NCBI RefSeq assembly: GCF_001194135.2
Contig: NC_069003.1
Location: 17,381,937-17,445,936, forward strand
DNA length: 64,000 nucleotides
From: Octopus bimaculoides
Taxonomy: Eukaryota
Reading direction: 5' to 3'
Under the pieces are notes generated by a model. It had not been told where the DNA came from, searched no databases, and was given only the letters and a program-made list of their open reading frames with translations. Below are positions 24,888 to 37,840 of this stretch, piece by piece. Position 1 is the first letter of the stretch, and every line of letters starts with the position of its first letter. Both the position numbers and the translations under genes were made by a program.

Positions 24888-26568
24888 TTAAGCTTTGCCA
24901 TGTTTTCCAGTGGGTTTTTATTGTTGCCAAGTTGTTGACTCCTATTATAGCAGCTGATTTTCTTCATTTTGGCCTCTTAGTTGATGTGAAATGTGGCAGA
25001 CACCACAACTATCCTCACTGTGTGCAGTGTAACTGCATGTACAACCACAGTCAGCCCTGTCATTTTGCAGTCTACAACTACCAAGTACAACTCTATTCTC
25101 CACAAATATCCAGACATCGTTCATCCAATGTTCCAAGTCAAGGAAATCAAGCACGAGGTTACCCACCACATTAAAACCCTCTTTCCACCAACTGTTGTGC
25201 AACTGTGAAGACTGACCCCTGATCATTTGAAGGTCACTAAACAGAAATTCTAACACATTAGTCCTCAGAAGCAACTGGTCATCTCCACTGCATTTGATAC
25301 CAAAGAAAGCAAAAAACAACTGGCATCCCTGTGGTGACTATTGTGCACTCAACAGCTGCACAGTGCCTGACCCCACACGATTTTTCTAGCTTGCTTCATG
25401 GAGCTCACATGCCTATAATCAGATTCCAGTTGAGCCTGCTGATATTCCAAAAACAACAATCACCACACCTCTCAGATCGCTGAAGTTTTTGTGAATGCCT
25501 TTTGGCCCACATAACACCTCACAGACATTCCAGGGTTTCATCGATACTGTCATGCATGGTTTACCTTTTGTATACCCTTATATAGACAATCCGTTAGTGG
25601 TGGGTAACTCTGAAGAGGAACATGAAAGGCATTTACATCAACATTTTCAGCAATTGACTGAATATGGCATTGTGATTAACACCAGTAAGTGCATTTTCAG
25701 AGTTGCATTGCTGCCATTCCTCGGTCACATTGTGGATAATAACAGAATTCACCCTCTTCTCAAGAAAGTGGAATCTATAGTAAATTTCCCTATGCCTACA
25801 TCTCTCCGGAAACTGTATGAGTTTCTAGGATTAATAAATTTCTTTCACCAGTTCCTTCCTCACTATGCTGAAGTGGTTCAACTGCACACAGATCTTCATA
25901 ATAAAACAAGGATAAACCACACTATAACATTAAATGAAACAGAATTAAGCTCTTTTATTAAATTAAAGGACATGTTGGCTAAGGCTATAATGCTAGTGTA
26001 TCCCAAACTTGGTGCTCTCCTTTGATTACTGGTAGATGCATCCCATTTGGAGTCAAAGGTGTACTACTACAATTAGTTGATGGCATTTGGTAACCCTTAT
26101 CCTTCTTTATGAAATAACTTCAACCTGTGGAAACAAAATATAGCACTTTCAGGTATGAATTATTGGCAGCATACCTGTCCATCAAATATTTTTGCCACAT
26201 ACTAGAAGGATCTGTTTTCAGCATATATACAGACCACCATTTGTATACACTTTTAACATAAAGGCTGATCGCCACTCACCTAGAGAAGTTTGTCACCTTG
26301 ACTTCATATCACAATATTTCACAGACATCCATCACATCAAGGGTTCAGCCAACGCAGCAGCTGATGCCCTTTCACACATCCAACTCAATGCAATACATAC
26401 CCCAGCAACAACTGATCTTCAGCAAATCACGGCTGATCAGGAGAATGATGAAGAGCTTATAAAGCTTTGGAATTCGTCATCCCTGAAATCTCAGTTCATG
26501 CCACTACTTTTTTCCACTGGTCAGATTTAGTACGACACTTCCACCAGTCACAAACACCCTAATGTACC

Positions 26569-26601
<33 letters not shown>

Positions 26602-29376
26602 AGCAATGGCAGATTTTCTCTGCTTTACACTGTCTATCACATACACAAATCTGTTCCACGCAGAAGTTGGTATCAACCCATTTTGCATAGGCAAAATCAA
26701 TAGGGACATCCATATTTGGGCCATGAGTTGCATCATCCAGAGTCATATTAAGTCCCAATTTGGCATCTTTGCAACATCCGACACACATTTTCAGTATGTA
26801 TACATTGACATTGTTGGACCTCCACCTCCTTCCCAGAATTGTACACACCTACTAACCTGCATTGACTGATTTTCCCCGATGGCTTGAAACCTTCCTTCTG
26901 TTAGATACTTCAGTAGAAACTGTCACTAACATGCTGGTATTTCACTGGATATCACGTTTTGGTGTACCTGCAACAATCATGACCAACAGAGGATGTCAGT
27001 TTGACTCACACCTCTTCAACGAGCTCACTCATCACCTTGGATCAAAACACTGCCACACAACAGCATATCATCTCAGGGCAAATGGTATGGTCGAATGTTT
27101 TCACAAGCAGCTGAAGTCATCTATAAGAGCTTATACTGACATAACTGGTTGGAATTCCTTCCACTTATTCTTCTTGGTATTCACGCCTCTGTCAAAGATG
27201 AAATCAGATACTCACCAGCAGAATTAGTTTACGGCACTATGCAGGTCTTACCTGGTCAAATGGTTGCTCCTGTTCCTCCACAAAATTTACCAGACCTAGC
27301 AACTTATGTACATCGCCTCCAAGCTCCCTTTTATTGACCCTTGTCCAAAGAACACTGATATGCATGTCCCATCAGACATTAATCAATGGATGCATGTTTT
27401 TTGTCCAGGACGATAGCATACCATTACAACTTCATCCACCATACTCTGGTCCCTACAGAGTACAAGACAGAAAAGCGAAGTATTTTGTCATTGACATTAA
27501 TGGAAAACAGAACTCCATCAGCATTGATTGTCTTAAGAAAGCCATCATCGAACCTGAATCACATCAACTTTTCCTCACAGACACAGCATTGACACTGCCT
27601 ACCACAAGCACCTCAACTTCTCCATATCTAACCCAACTAAATGTGGTCAAAAGGAACAGAGCCATTTACATGCAAATATTACACTAATTTGAACTAACTA
27701 CCAATTGAAATTGACTAATTTTTTTCTTTTCAGTGAACTTTACAAAGGCCATACTTTCCTATGAACATTATAAAGACTTTACGTTTATTATGATTTCACA
27801 GAGGCCCTACTTTTGCCACGAAATTTTGCAGAGGCCCTATCTTTATATGAACTTGGTTTTCTCCAAAACTGATTTGTATCCATGTTTGAAGTCCTGTATG
27901 ATTATATGTATATTCATTATTTTTAGTTTTTTTTGGCAGTTCTGAAATATTTATTTAGTACTATTTACAAATACATGCACTCAAAGCTTGCATGTGCTTA
28001 CTGTATATTTGTAAACATGCACTCTTTTCATTCCTCTCCATGCATTTTCTTTTCTTCTCTTTCCTTATAACATTCATTTTACTAGAAACTCTCTATGAGA
28101 GGAGAAGAGTAAAGCATCATTTTCTGGATTCATAGTTAAGAATCAAAACTATACCCTAGATTTTAATGTGACATATTTTTCTTTCAGCTTTAAAATTTGG
28201 AGATTTATGAGGTCACCTGTCTTTTTATCTGAGAATCGAACAGGTCATTTTAAGTTTAAGTCAGATAAAGGATATTCATTCTTTTGTTCTCAAATATACC
28301 CCAAAGATATAAATAAGAGCTATCAGAAACACAGTGACGAGTTCTTCTGTTGATTCCATGCACTGCACAGCTTCACTTTATGGCAGACAGCTTTACCTAT
28401 TAGACACACACAAACACACTAAGATGTGCTCACGGAGCACATCTTTGTTGTAATCTTCCTTATACTACTAAAATGCTAACTGCTACTATAGCCTCGTGTA
28501 TTGACCCTGCATGTGAATAAATCCTGAAAATAAATATTATTTCCAGATGTTGTGATTATGCTCTCTCATTAGACTGTGAGCAACTGAATAGTAACATAAC
28601 CTGTTACATATTTCAGTTTCCATCTATTAAATCCAATCACAAGTCTTCAGCTGTTGTAGAAGACACTACTACACTAGCACAAGGTGTCATACAGGAGGAC
28701 TGAACTGCATGGCACCTCAGGCATTATCTAATTTTATATTCTATATAGTGACATAAGAAAAGTAATTACCATGAACAATGTAGACAAGAATAAGACTAAA
28801 TTAATATTTTTAAATGACCAATGTTATAATTAAGAGAGTAAGAGTTTAGGTTTAGTAAGGGATCAAAATACAAAACTGGATTATAACTTATATAAGTGGA
28901 TTACAGTTACATTAATGGAATACAAAACAAATAATATAAAACATAATACTAAGACTGAATTATATAAGGTACTATATTGTTGGATCAAATACAAGTCTGC
29001 TCTTCTATAATGTGAGTAGCCATTGGCTCCGCTACTGTAAGAAACCTATTCTGTTCCTTCTTTCATACTTTAACCTTTCATCAATTAGCACAGTCCAACT
29101 CAGTCAGAGATAATCTTAGTCTTGCAAGCTACATGGCAACTATACTTGTGCTGGTGATACAGGTACAGCAACCAGTAGATGCCGTGAAATGGCTGGCATT
29201 AGGGAGAGCATCCTTCCAGAGAAACCATGCCAAAAGTAAACATTGGAGCATGATGCAGTTCTTGGACCCATCAGATCTTGTCAAACCATAAAACCCAAGA
29301 CAGCTTGGAAAGTGGACTTTAAAAGATGATCATGATCATTATGATGATCTCTGTGAGAGTTAAATCCAATATTTAC

Positions 29377-29457
29377 CTGTTCTGGATCATAATGCCCTTT
29401 TGGATTTGTTGCTGCTATTATAGTTGTTCTTGTGTTCAGCTTACAGATCATTCCAGC
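29377..29457 (-). CDS. MCM9: MCM9 exon (sensor 1)
   Basis: CCTAATTGTAG|GCT GGA ATG...GAA CAG|GTAAAT, 81 nt, [27 protein letters not shown]. Confidence 0.96.
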
Positions 29458-30943
29458 CTACAATTAGGAAATGGAAACTAATTCAGACATGATCATAATT
29501 GTTAATATTATTCCATTCATTCATCATAAGAATGGGTGACATTCTCACTGCAATACATGTCTGCAATTTAGCAAAGCACTAAGCTCATTCTTTCAAATTA
29601 TTTTCTGGTTCCATAAACAACAAACCTAGATTGCTAAACCATTTGTTTTTATTTTAATTCATGATTTGAGAAATAATGGTAAGATTTGATACAGATATAA
29701 TAATAATGATAATAGTCCTAAGTCGTTTATATCGACCCCTGTGCTCAACTGGTACTTATTTTATTGACCCTGAAAGGATGAAAGGCCAAGTCAACACCAG
29801 TGGAATTTGAACTCAGAACATCAAGATAGATAAAATGCTGCTAAGCATTTTGCCTGGTGTGCTAACGATTCTACTGGCTTGCCACCATGTAATAACAATA
29901 ATGGTCTAGGCACAAGGGCTGATACTTTAGGGAAGAAGGCTAGTCGATTACATCAACCCCAGTGCCTAACTGGTACTAACTTTATCAACTCTAAAAGTCA
30001 AACTCAGCAAAATTTGAACTCAGAATGTAAAGATGGATGAAAGGCCACAAAGCCTTTTGTTTGACAATGCTAACAATTCTGCTAGCTTGCTACCTTCACA
30101 ATAATAATAATAATTACTTCAAATTTTGGTACAAGATTTGCAATCTTGTGAAGAGTGAGTTAGTCGATTATATCTACCCAAGTACTTGATTGATACTTTT
30201 ATTAACCCCTGAGGGATGATCATAGCAGGATTAGAACTCAGGATGTTTAGGCATAAGGCCAGCAATTTTGAAGGGGAATGAAAGGCAAATTGACCTTGGT
30301 GGAATTGGGACTCAGTTGAAATAAGAACTGCAATGCATTTTTGCCAATGCTCTAATAGTTCTGTCGATCTGCAGCCCTCAAATAATTGCTTGTAATTTAA
30401 GGACAAAGTAATTTTAAGGAGGAAGGGCTTAATTGATGACATTACCTCCAGTATAAGACTGGTGCTTTATTTTATCAACCTCAGAAGGATGAAAGGTAAA
30501 GTTAGCCACAGCAGGATTTGAACTCAGAATATAAAACACAAAATGAAAATAATAATAATAATCTATTCTACTATTCAGAATGACATTCTCAAATGGTGTG
30601 CCACAGTGCAATACTACATCGAAGAAAGTTATGCTGCTCATAACTGTCTTCCTTGAGTTGCATCTTAAAAGCAGTGACCACCTGACTGATAAGTGAGCCT
30701 CCTCTCTCCAACACACCACTGCTCCAACAATCTCATTGTCACACTATTTAGTGACAATGCCTTAAACTCATCCAATTTACACATCCTTCCTCCTAACACT
30801 TGGTCCAAGTTCAAGCTTTCTTTCCAAGAAACTAGTACCTTTATCCATCCTTCAGTTTGTGTTATATGTGATGGATATGGAGGAAGGGGCAGAGCCCACT
30901 GTCTTTGCAGGACCTCCAAGATCAATGAGATTGATACCGTTAA

Positions 30944-31554
30944 TCTTTTTGATACCAACTTACCTGAGACTGTTCCTAGTTCTCTGTTTTAAACCACCAT
31001 CATCATCATCATCATCATCATCATTTAATGTCAGTTTTCCATGCTGGCATGGATTGGATGGCTTGAAAGGAACTGGTAAGGCCAGGGACCACACCAGGTT
31101 CCATAGTCTGTTTTGGCTTGGCTTCTACAGCTGGATGCCCTTCTAAACACTAACCACTTTACAGAGTGTACTGGGTGCTTTTTATGTGACACCATCACCA
31201 GTGCCTTTTAAGTGGCATCAGCACCTACACCAATGCTTTTTATGTGGTACCTTAGTGCCACAATTCTGTTGTGGTGGGCAGGCCTAATGTACAACAATAT
31301 GCCACACATCTCAGTCCTCTGTCATATTTGTAAAGTTCAGCATTTTGAGATCTGCCTTCAATACTTCATCCCAAGTCTTCCTGGGTCTCCCGTTTCAACA
31401 ACTTCCAGCATTCTTCCATCAGAATCTCATGTTAATTTATGTTCCAAACACCAGTTTATTAATAATAACAATGTTATTTTACCAAATTCTTTATTATTTT
31501 CAAAATTAATTAAAAGAAAGACTGTATTTCTACAACAATATGGTAACAAAAGGG
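30944..31554. mobile_element. piggyBac-type MITE interrupted by an RTE 3' end (about 30995-31410)
   Basis: TTAA|TCTTTTTGATACC at 30944 and GGTAACAAAAGGG|TTAA at 31554. Same family as 9957-10170 in opposite orientation. A second partial copy follows to 31743. Confidence 0.75.
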
Positions 31555-33276
31555 TTAAATATTGTATGGCTATAAGTCTGTGTTTTGAAATCATCCCTGG
31601 TTCTCATTGAAACCTCTCATCAAAATTTCACATGTTTCAAACACCAGCTTAATAGTGACAAATTTATTTTACTAAACACAAAATCATTTTTAAAATTCAT
31701 TGAAGCAAAAGCAGTTATTTGAACAAACACAGTACCAAAAGGGTTAAATATTGCATGATTATCAATCTTTGTGTTCTGTAACTTATGAGACCTTTACTTG
31801 GTTGTATGATGTGAACATCTTATTTTTAAAATGATCTAAATTTAAATGCTATCTTTTATCTTTATTAGACTGCAGCCATACTGGGGCACTGCCTCGAAGA
31901 AATTTTGATCAAATAAATTGACCCTTGTACTTCTTTTTTTTTTAAATCCAGTACTTATTCTACTGGACTCTTTTTCTGAACCCATAAGTTATGGTAACAT
32001 AAACACACTAACACTGGTTATCAAGTGGTGGTGGGGGACACAGACACAGACATGTATGTACAAACAACAGGCTTCTTTCAGTTTCACAAGGTTTTGGTCA
32101 GCCTGGGGTTATAGCGAAAGACACCTGCCCAAGGTGCCACATAGTGGGACCGAATTTTCTTACCACACAGCCACTCTGACACTTATTTTATGTTAACATA
32201 TGTTCCAGACAGGAGCTTAATAATAATGACAAAATAGTTTTACTAAATTTATTCATTATTTTCAAAGTTAACTGAAACAAAGGAGGTGTTGTATTTCAAC
32301 AGAAATTTGGTAAGAAAAGAGGTTAATGTTAATCTCAAACAATTGCAAGTCATAACTTGTTGAAAACACACAAGCAGTAGAGGAGGTATAAAGGGTCCAG
32401 GGTCATCTTAGCAGCATTATATACTCCTGGGCAAATCAATGCACTGGACCTTATAATATTTATCCATTGACAGCAAGCTGTAGTATACATAATTCATAAA
32501 GCGGCCCCTAGAAGTATGAAACTCCTAGATACCTGCCAAATGTGCACAGCACTGAGAGGGCTAACTTTCTAAGAGAAAAGAACCTTAGAAGGAATAACTC
32601 AGAAGAGCAGTTAGGGTTAGGTGTGTTTTATCATCAACATTTTCATGTCTATTTTCCATGCTGGCACGGTTTGGATGGTTGACATGAACTGGTAAAGCCA
32701 GGGGCTACACCAGGTTCCATAATCTGTTTTAGCTTGATTTCTATGGCTGGATGCCCTTCCTAATGCCAACCACTTTACAGAGTGTACCGGGTGCTTTTTA
32801 TGTGGCGCCAGCACCCAAACCAATGCTTTTCATGTGACACCTTGCTTTCAGAATCTCAATTCTGTTGTGGAGGGTAGGTTTTCTCAAGTACAGCAATGCA
32901 TCACATATCTCTGTCCTCTGTCATCTCCTTCATAAGGTTCAATGTTTTGAGATCAGCCCCCAATACTTAGTCCCATGTCTTCCTGAGTCTCCCTCTTCCA
33001 TAACTTAAATTGTGGTGAGAAGGTAAGAGAAATATACGTGGTGTAGGGCTGAATGGAAGTCGTATGAGCACAGCCAGCATCAAACTATCATCTTTTGACC
33101 TTTGGGTGCCTTTAGTGGAATCCATTCCCTTGCAAATATTTCGACCAAGTATCTGATCCGAGTTTAACTTATGGAAGGTAGATTTTTCTTTTATTTCATC
33201 TCACTAGTTTCAGAAACCTTGCAAAAAACAAAAACAAGTCTGTTATTCCCTTTGTTCTCTAACAGAGCCATTTCTA

Positions 33277-33576
<300 letters not shown>

Positions 33577-33873
33577 CTAGAAAGAAGGAAGACAGTGAGG
33601 AGGAGGAGGAGGAGGACAAAAACAAAGACAGGTGTTAAAGTATTGCTGTAGTGGTGTGGTGGAGCATGCAGTGCAAGGGAATGAAATATGATGCAGTGCA
33701 GTGTAGTGAGGTACAGCACAAAAACCTTGTAGTACTTGCTCTGGCTCCATTACAGAAATGGTCCCTTGCAAATCTAGTGATCTTAAATATAGTAAACCAG
33801 AAAGAAACCTACTGGATGCATTCAATAACACTATTGTTTACAGAATGAAAAACAACACACATATGCACACACA

Positions 33874-33910
<37 letters not shown>

Positions 33911-33914
<4 letters not shown>

Positions 33915-33980
33915 CAGACTGTTAAAGTCTGTCATACCGGCCATGACGAAGGGAAATAGCCCTGAAACTCGAGTCGCCTT
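33911..33980 (+). ncRNA. Minimal hammerhead-like motif preceded by a perfect hairpin
   Basis: ATGACAGACT-GTTAA-AGTCTGTCAT hairpin (33911-33935), then GGC-C(A)TGACGA-AGGG/aaatag/CCCT-GAAAC-TCGA-GTC-GCC. There is one extra A in the core. Confidence 0.65.
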
Positions 33981-34459
33981 TATATATTTATATTTATATT
34001 TATATATTTGATCCTTTATATTGAACACTCAATATTTCATCTACATTCAATACTTTATTTCATGGTGCCATCCATTTTTATTTTATTTTATTTTATATTA
34101 TATATTGTATATTATATTATATATTGTATATTCCATATTCTATACCCCACATTGGTTCTGCAGGAANNNNNNNNNNNNNNNNNNNNNNNNNNNNNNNNNN
34201 NNNNNNNNNNNNNNNNNNNNNNNNNNNNNNNNNNNNNNNNNNNNNNNNNNNNNNNNNNNNNNNNNNNNNNNNNNNNNNNNNNNNNNNNNNNNNNNNNNNN
34301 NNNNNNNNNNNNNNNNNNNNNNNNNNNNNNNNNNNNNNNNNNNNNNNNNNNNNNNNNNNNNNNNNNNNNNNNNNNNNNNNNNNNNNNNNNNNNNNNNNNN
34401 NNNNNNNNNNNNNNNNNNNNNNNNNNNNNNNNNNNNNNNNNNNNNNNNNNNNNNNNATA

Positions 34460-35023
34460 TATATATATGTATATATATAATATTAGGAATAAAAATCCAA
34501 ATCTACAGGTAAAAACTCAATTAAATTCAATTTATTAAAAATTAAAATGAAATTAAGTTTCACAGTATAAAATATAAAATATAAATATATAGTTTTAGAG
34601 AAAAGAACCAAGGTTCATGAACTCATCGATGAAAATCCACTATCACAGAGAAAAATTAATAAGTAAAAGCACAATAAATAAGTATAATATAATACAAAGT
34701 AAATATTATAAGATAATGATAATAAAACGACTACACGTGTTTCATTAGAATTTTGAATAGTAGTAAGTTTATCATCTTAGCCTTAACCAAGACTTCGATT
34801 AGATCAGGGTTGAATTTTTTCCATTAATACTGTTTAATATTTCTTCTTGTTTTATGGAATAAATAGGTAGTCTTTTTATTTAATTTCTTTGATTATTAGT
34901 TTATATTCTAATTAAGGTTTAGTCAATAGTACAACATTGATAATTTTATAATTTTATTTAAACTAAAGTTTCAATTAGATAAATTTTGTATTTCTTTTCA
35001 ATAATCTTGTTAAATGTTTTTTC
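34460..35023 (-). mobile_element. Penelope-like element 3' remnant
   Basis: Very AT-rich. Minus strand gives an EN C-terminal-like IKQEEILNSINGKNS and a GAAAC-ACGT-GTA palindromic motif at about 34730-34745. Confidence 0.45.
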
Positions 35024-35269
35024 NNNNNNNNNNNNNNNNNNNNNNNNNNNNNNNNNNNNNNNNNNNNNNNNNNNNNNNNNNNNNNNNNNNNNNNNNNNNN
35101 NNNNNNNNNNNNNNNNNNNNNNNTTTCTTCTGTCTTAATGAATAAAAATTCTTCTGATAGAATAAATGGGTTATTCTATTATACATGTAACTAATCTTCA
35201 GTTTATAACATCACTACATTTTAAGTTGCAGTTAAAGTTGGAGTTTATACTTAAAAAGATAGCAGTTAC

Positions 35270-35379
35270 CTTTACTGCAGCCACAGTAAGTCCTGCACTT
35301 GTGCTTCCAATTCCTGTTGTCAACACTGAACGTGGCATTAGTTTTGCTGCATATTTTAAGAATTGTGACTTGCCAGTTC
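35270..35379 (-). CDS. MCM9: MCM9 exon (second half of Walker A)
   Basis: CTGTTTTTAG|GA ACT GGC AAG...GTA AAG|GTAACT, 110 nt, (G)[36 protein letters not shown]. The phase 1 start completes GDPGTGKS. Confidence 0.97.
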
Positions 35380-36151
35380 CTAAAAACAGATGAAAAATAA
35401 TAAATAATTCATTGAGAATGGTAAATGGTATATTACCAATAGCATCAACATAAAAGACTATAATTGAGACCCCTAAAGAAATATCTTGTGGGCATGATAT
35501 ACAAAAGTCTAAATTTGTATATTTATAAAATATGGCTATGTGGTAAGAAGTTTACTTCTCAGCCACATGGTTTTGGGATCAGCCTGGTTTTGCTATAGAC
35601 TATCTTGATAGATGGAAGCTATATGGAAGAGTGTCACATCATCATCATTTAACATCCCTTTTCCATGCTGGCATGGGTTGAATGGTTTGCTAGGAACTAA
35701 CAAGCCAGAGGACTGCACCAAGCACTACTATCAACTTTGGCATGGTGTTTACAACTGGATTCCCTTCCTAAATAATCACCACCATCATCATTTTACCATC
35801 CACTTTTTCATGTATGGGTCAAAAAAATTTTGGTAAGTCAGATTTTTTACAGCCTGATACTTTTCCTGTTGTCAAACAAGGTAATATTTCACCATGGTCA
35901 GGTATGTCTTCACAAGAGATTGTAAATGAACAATGCCAGTTGCATGAAGGTTTACAATTATTATACGATATCGAGATAAGGATACAAATGCACACACACA
36001 ACAGGCTTCTTTCAGTATCCATTTACCAAAGCCACTCACAAGGTTTTCATTGGCCTGGTGCTATAGAAGACATTGCCCAAGCTGCCATGTAGTGGTACTG
36101 AAGCCGAAACTATGTAGGTTGGAAGTAAACTTCTTAATCAGACAACTATGC

Positions 36152-36189
<38 letters not shown>

Positions 36190-36408
36190 CAGTGCACACA
36201 AATATTGGACATTCTATGCTTTTACTTGTCACTCTCTGAAGAAAACTGTGTTGATTTTAAAGTTACTCGTTGACATTAAGACCAGCTGCTCTACACTTTC
36301 AGACACCATTGACGTAAAAATTTTTATGAAAAAGCGGAAAATGTGGATTTCTATACACTTTTAAAAGGGCTTCACACAGACACACAACTTCAGCTTTATA
36401 TATTAAGA

Positions 36409-37762
36409 CTAGCAGTATAACCCAACCTTGTCCAGGTGTGACTTATTACGCCATTTACGATAAGTCTTGCTAGGTGAAAATCAACTAAAAAAGAAAGCCT
36501 TACAACGAAAAAACCCTTATGATGTAAATATGCTCATAATTCAAAAGACGATGAAATTAATAGGGAAAGTCTGAAGGCTGTTTTGCATAACATTATTAAG
36601 CGTACGTAAATTTCATCCGTCTAATTGGCTATAGAAATGCTTGTGCAAAACAACTTTTTGCGCTGCCTTGATTATACATAGCAGGGTAAACCCTTTTAGC
36701 AGGAGGTAGGATGGCAATTTCTGATGAAGCAATTGCTGGCGATCTGTTGCTACACAGTTCTGCCAGAATTCTATTAGATTGGGCAGTAGATGTTGATGCA
36801 CCATTTTGCATTATGTTCAAATTAGCTTCTGGAATGTGGTGAATTGCTGCAGTCTGTTGCTGTCTTTTTAAACCGGTTGCTTTCTTTCCCCAGCAAGCTC
36901 TCTTGTTTGGAGGCATAATCTATGTATATATTAAACAGAACAACAAAAGTTATAATAGATGGCAGGGTCGGTAATTTTCTCATTACTGTAATTTTTCAGA
37001 TTAACACCCGCACGATTACCCAAACCTAACCCTAACCCTAACCCTAAAACCGTAACGCTAACCCTAACCGTAACCCTAACCCTAAAACCCTAACCCTGAC
37101 CCTAAAACATTGACGAACATGAATTATATTTTAGTGAATGATTGTGTACTTGCACGTGTATGCGTTTGAGAGAGCAAGAGAGGAAGAGGTAGAGAGAGGG
37201 GGAGAAAGGAATAGAGGACGGGAGCAATGAAAGGAGAGAAAGAGAGGAAGGGAGAACGGAAGACAGTTATAAAATAGCGATACGTGCACGTGTTTATTTA
37301 AGAAAGACACAGAAACTAAATCTTATATGTATAATGTTGATGTGTGTATGTTGTTGTCACAGATCACGTGTGTTTTCACGTTTCTATGTTATGAAAAATA
37401 TGTTAGAGGTAGAGGGATACAAGAAAACTATTAAATGGGAGAGAGGAAGAAGAAAGAAGACTTTGTATGTATCACTTTCTCTCTCTCCCTCTCTCACTCT
37501 TACTCTCTATATTTTAAGTTCAGCACGTGATCGATGAATTCCGTTCCAGGTAGAAGGGAAGAAATATAAAAGTTGCTAGAAACATCAGCCAAATCTCCCT
37601 TAAATCACACAAAGTAAACGGAATTTTAAAAATCTAATTACTACACTGGAAAGTTCATATCGAGAAAATTCCATTGATGTAAAAATTGTTACGAAAAAGT
37701 GGAAAATGTGAATTTCTATAAACTTTTAAAAAGGCTTCACACAGACATACATTTTCACATTT

Positions 37763-37775
<13 letters not shown>
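36409..37775 (-). mobile_element. Helitron with putative Rep N-terminal remnant
   Basis: 3' degenerate hairpin plus TATACTGCTAG at 36409. The 5' ~110 bp match the Helitron 5' fragment at 36300-36408. Minus ORF 36629-36916 (MPPNKRACWGKKAT...) is in the element's orientation. Confidence 0.75.
37024..37106. repeat. Telomere-like (CCCTAA)n / (TTAGGG)n degenerate array
   Basis: About 13 units: cctaac cctaac cctaac cctaaaac cgtaac gctaac cctaac cgtaac cctaac cctaaaac cctaac cctgac cctaaaac. Confidence 0.95.
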
Positions 37776-37802
<27 letters not shown>

Positions 37803-37840
37803 TTTTATATATATGTATATATACATATATATGTATGTAT

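Larger units (their letters stand above)
21499..28608 (+). mobile_element. Ty3/Gypsy LTR retrotransposon (decayed)
   Basis: LTR similarity between about 21499-21779 and about 28273-28608, both ending TTACA. PBS TGGTGACCCCGA at 21782-21793. gag remnant about 22080-22500; protease (FLVDTGAEVS) at about 22905; RT 25495-26025 (MPFG...YIDN); RNase H about 26100-26400; integrase 26780-27340. Confidence 0.93.

Noticed and set aside
26570-26599. Poly(A) tail of a retrocopy
   Set aside because: Isolated A30 run inside Gypsy pol with no attached cDNA-like body or TSD seen.
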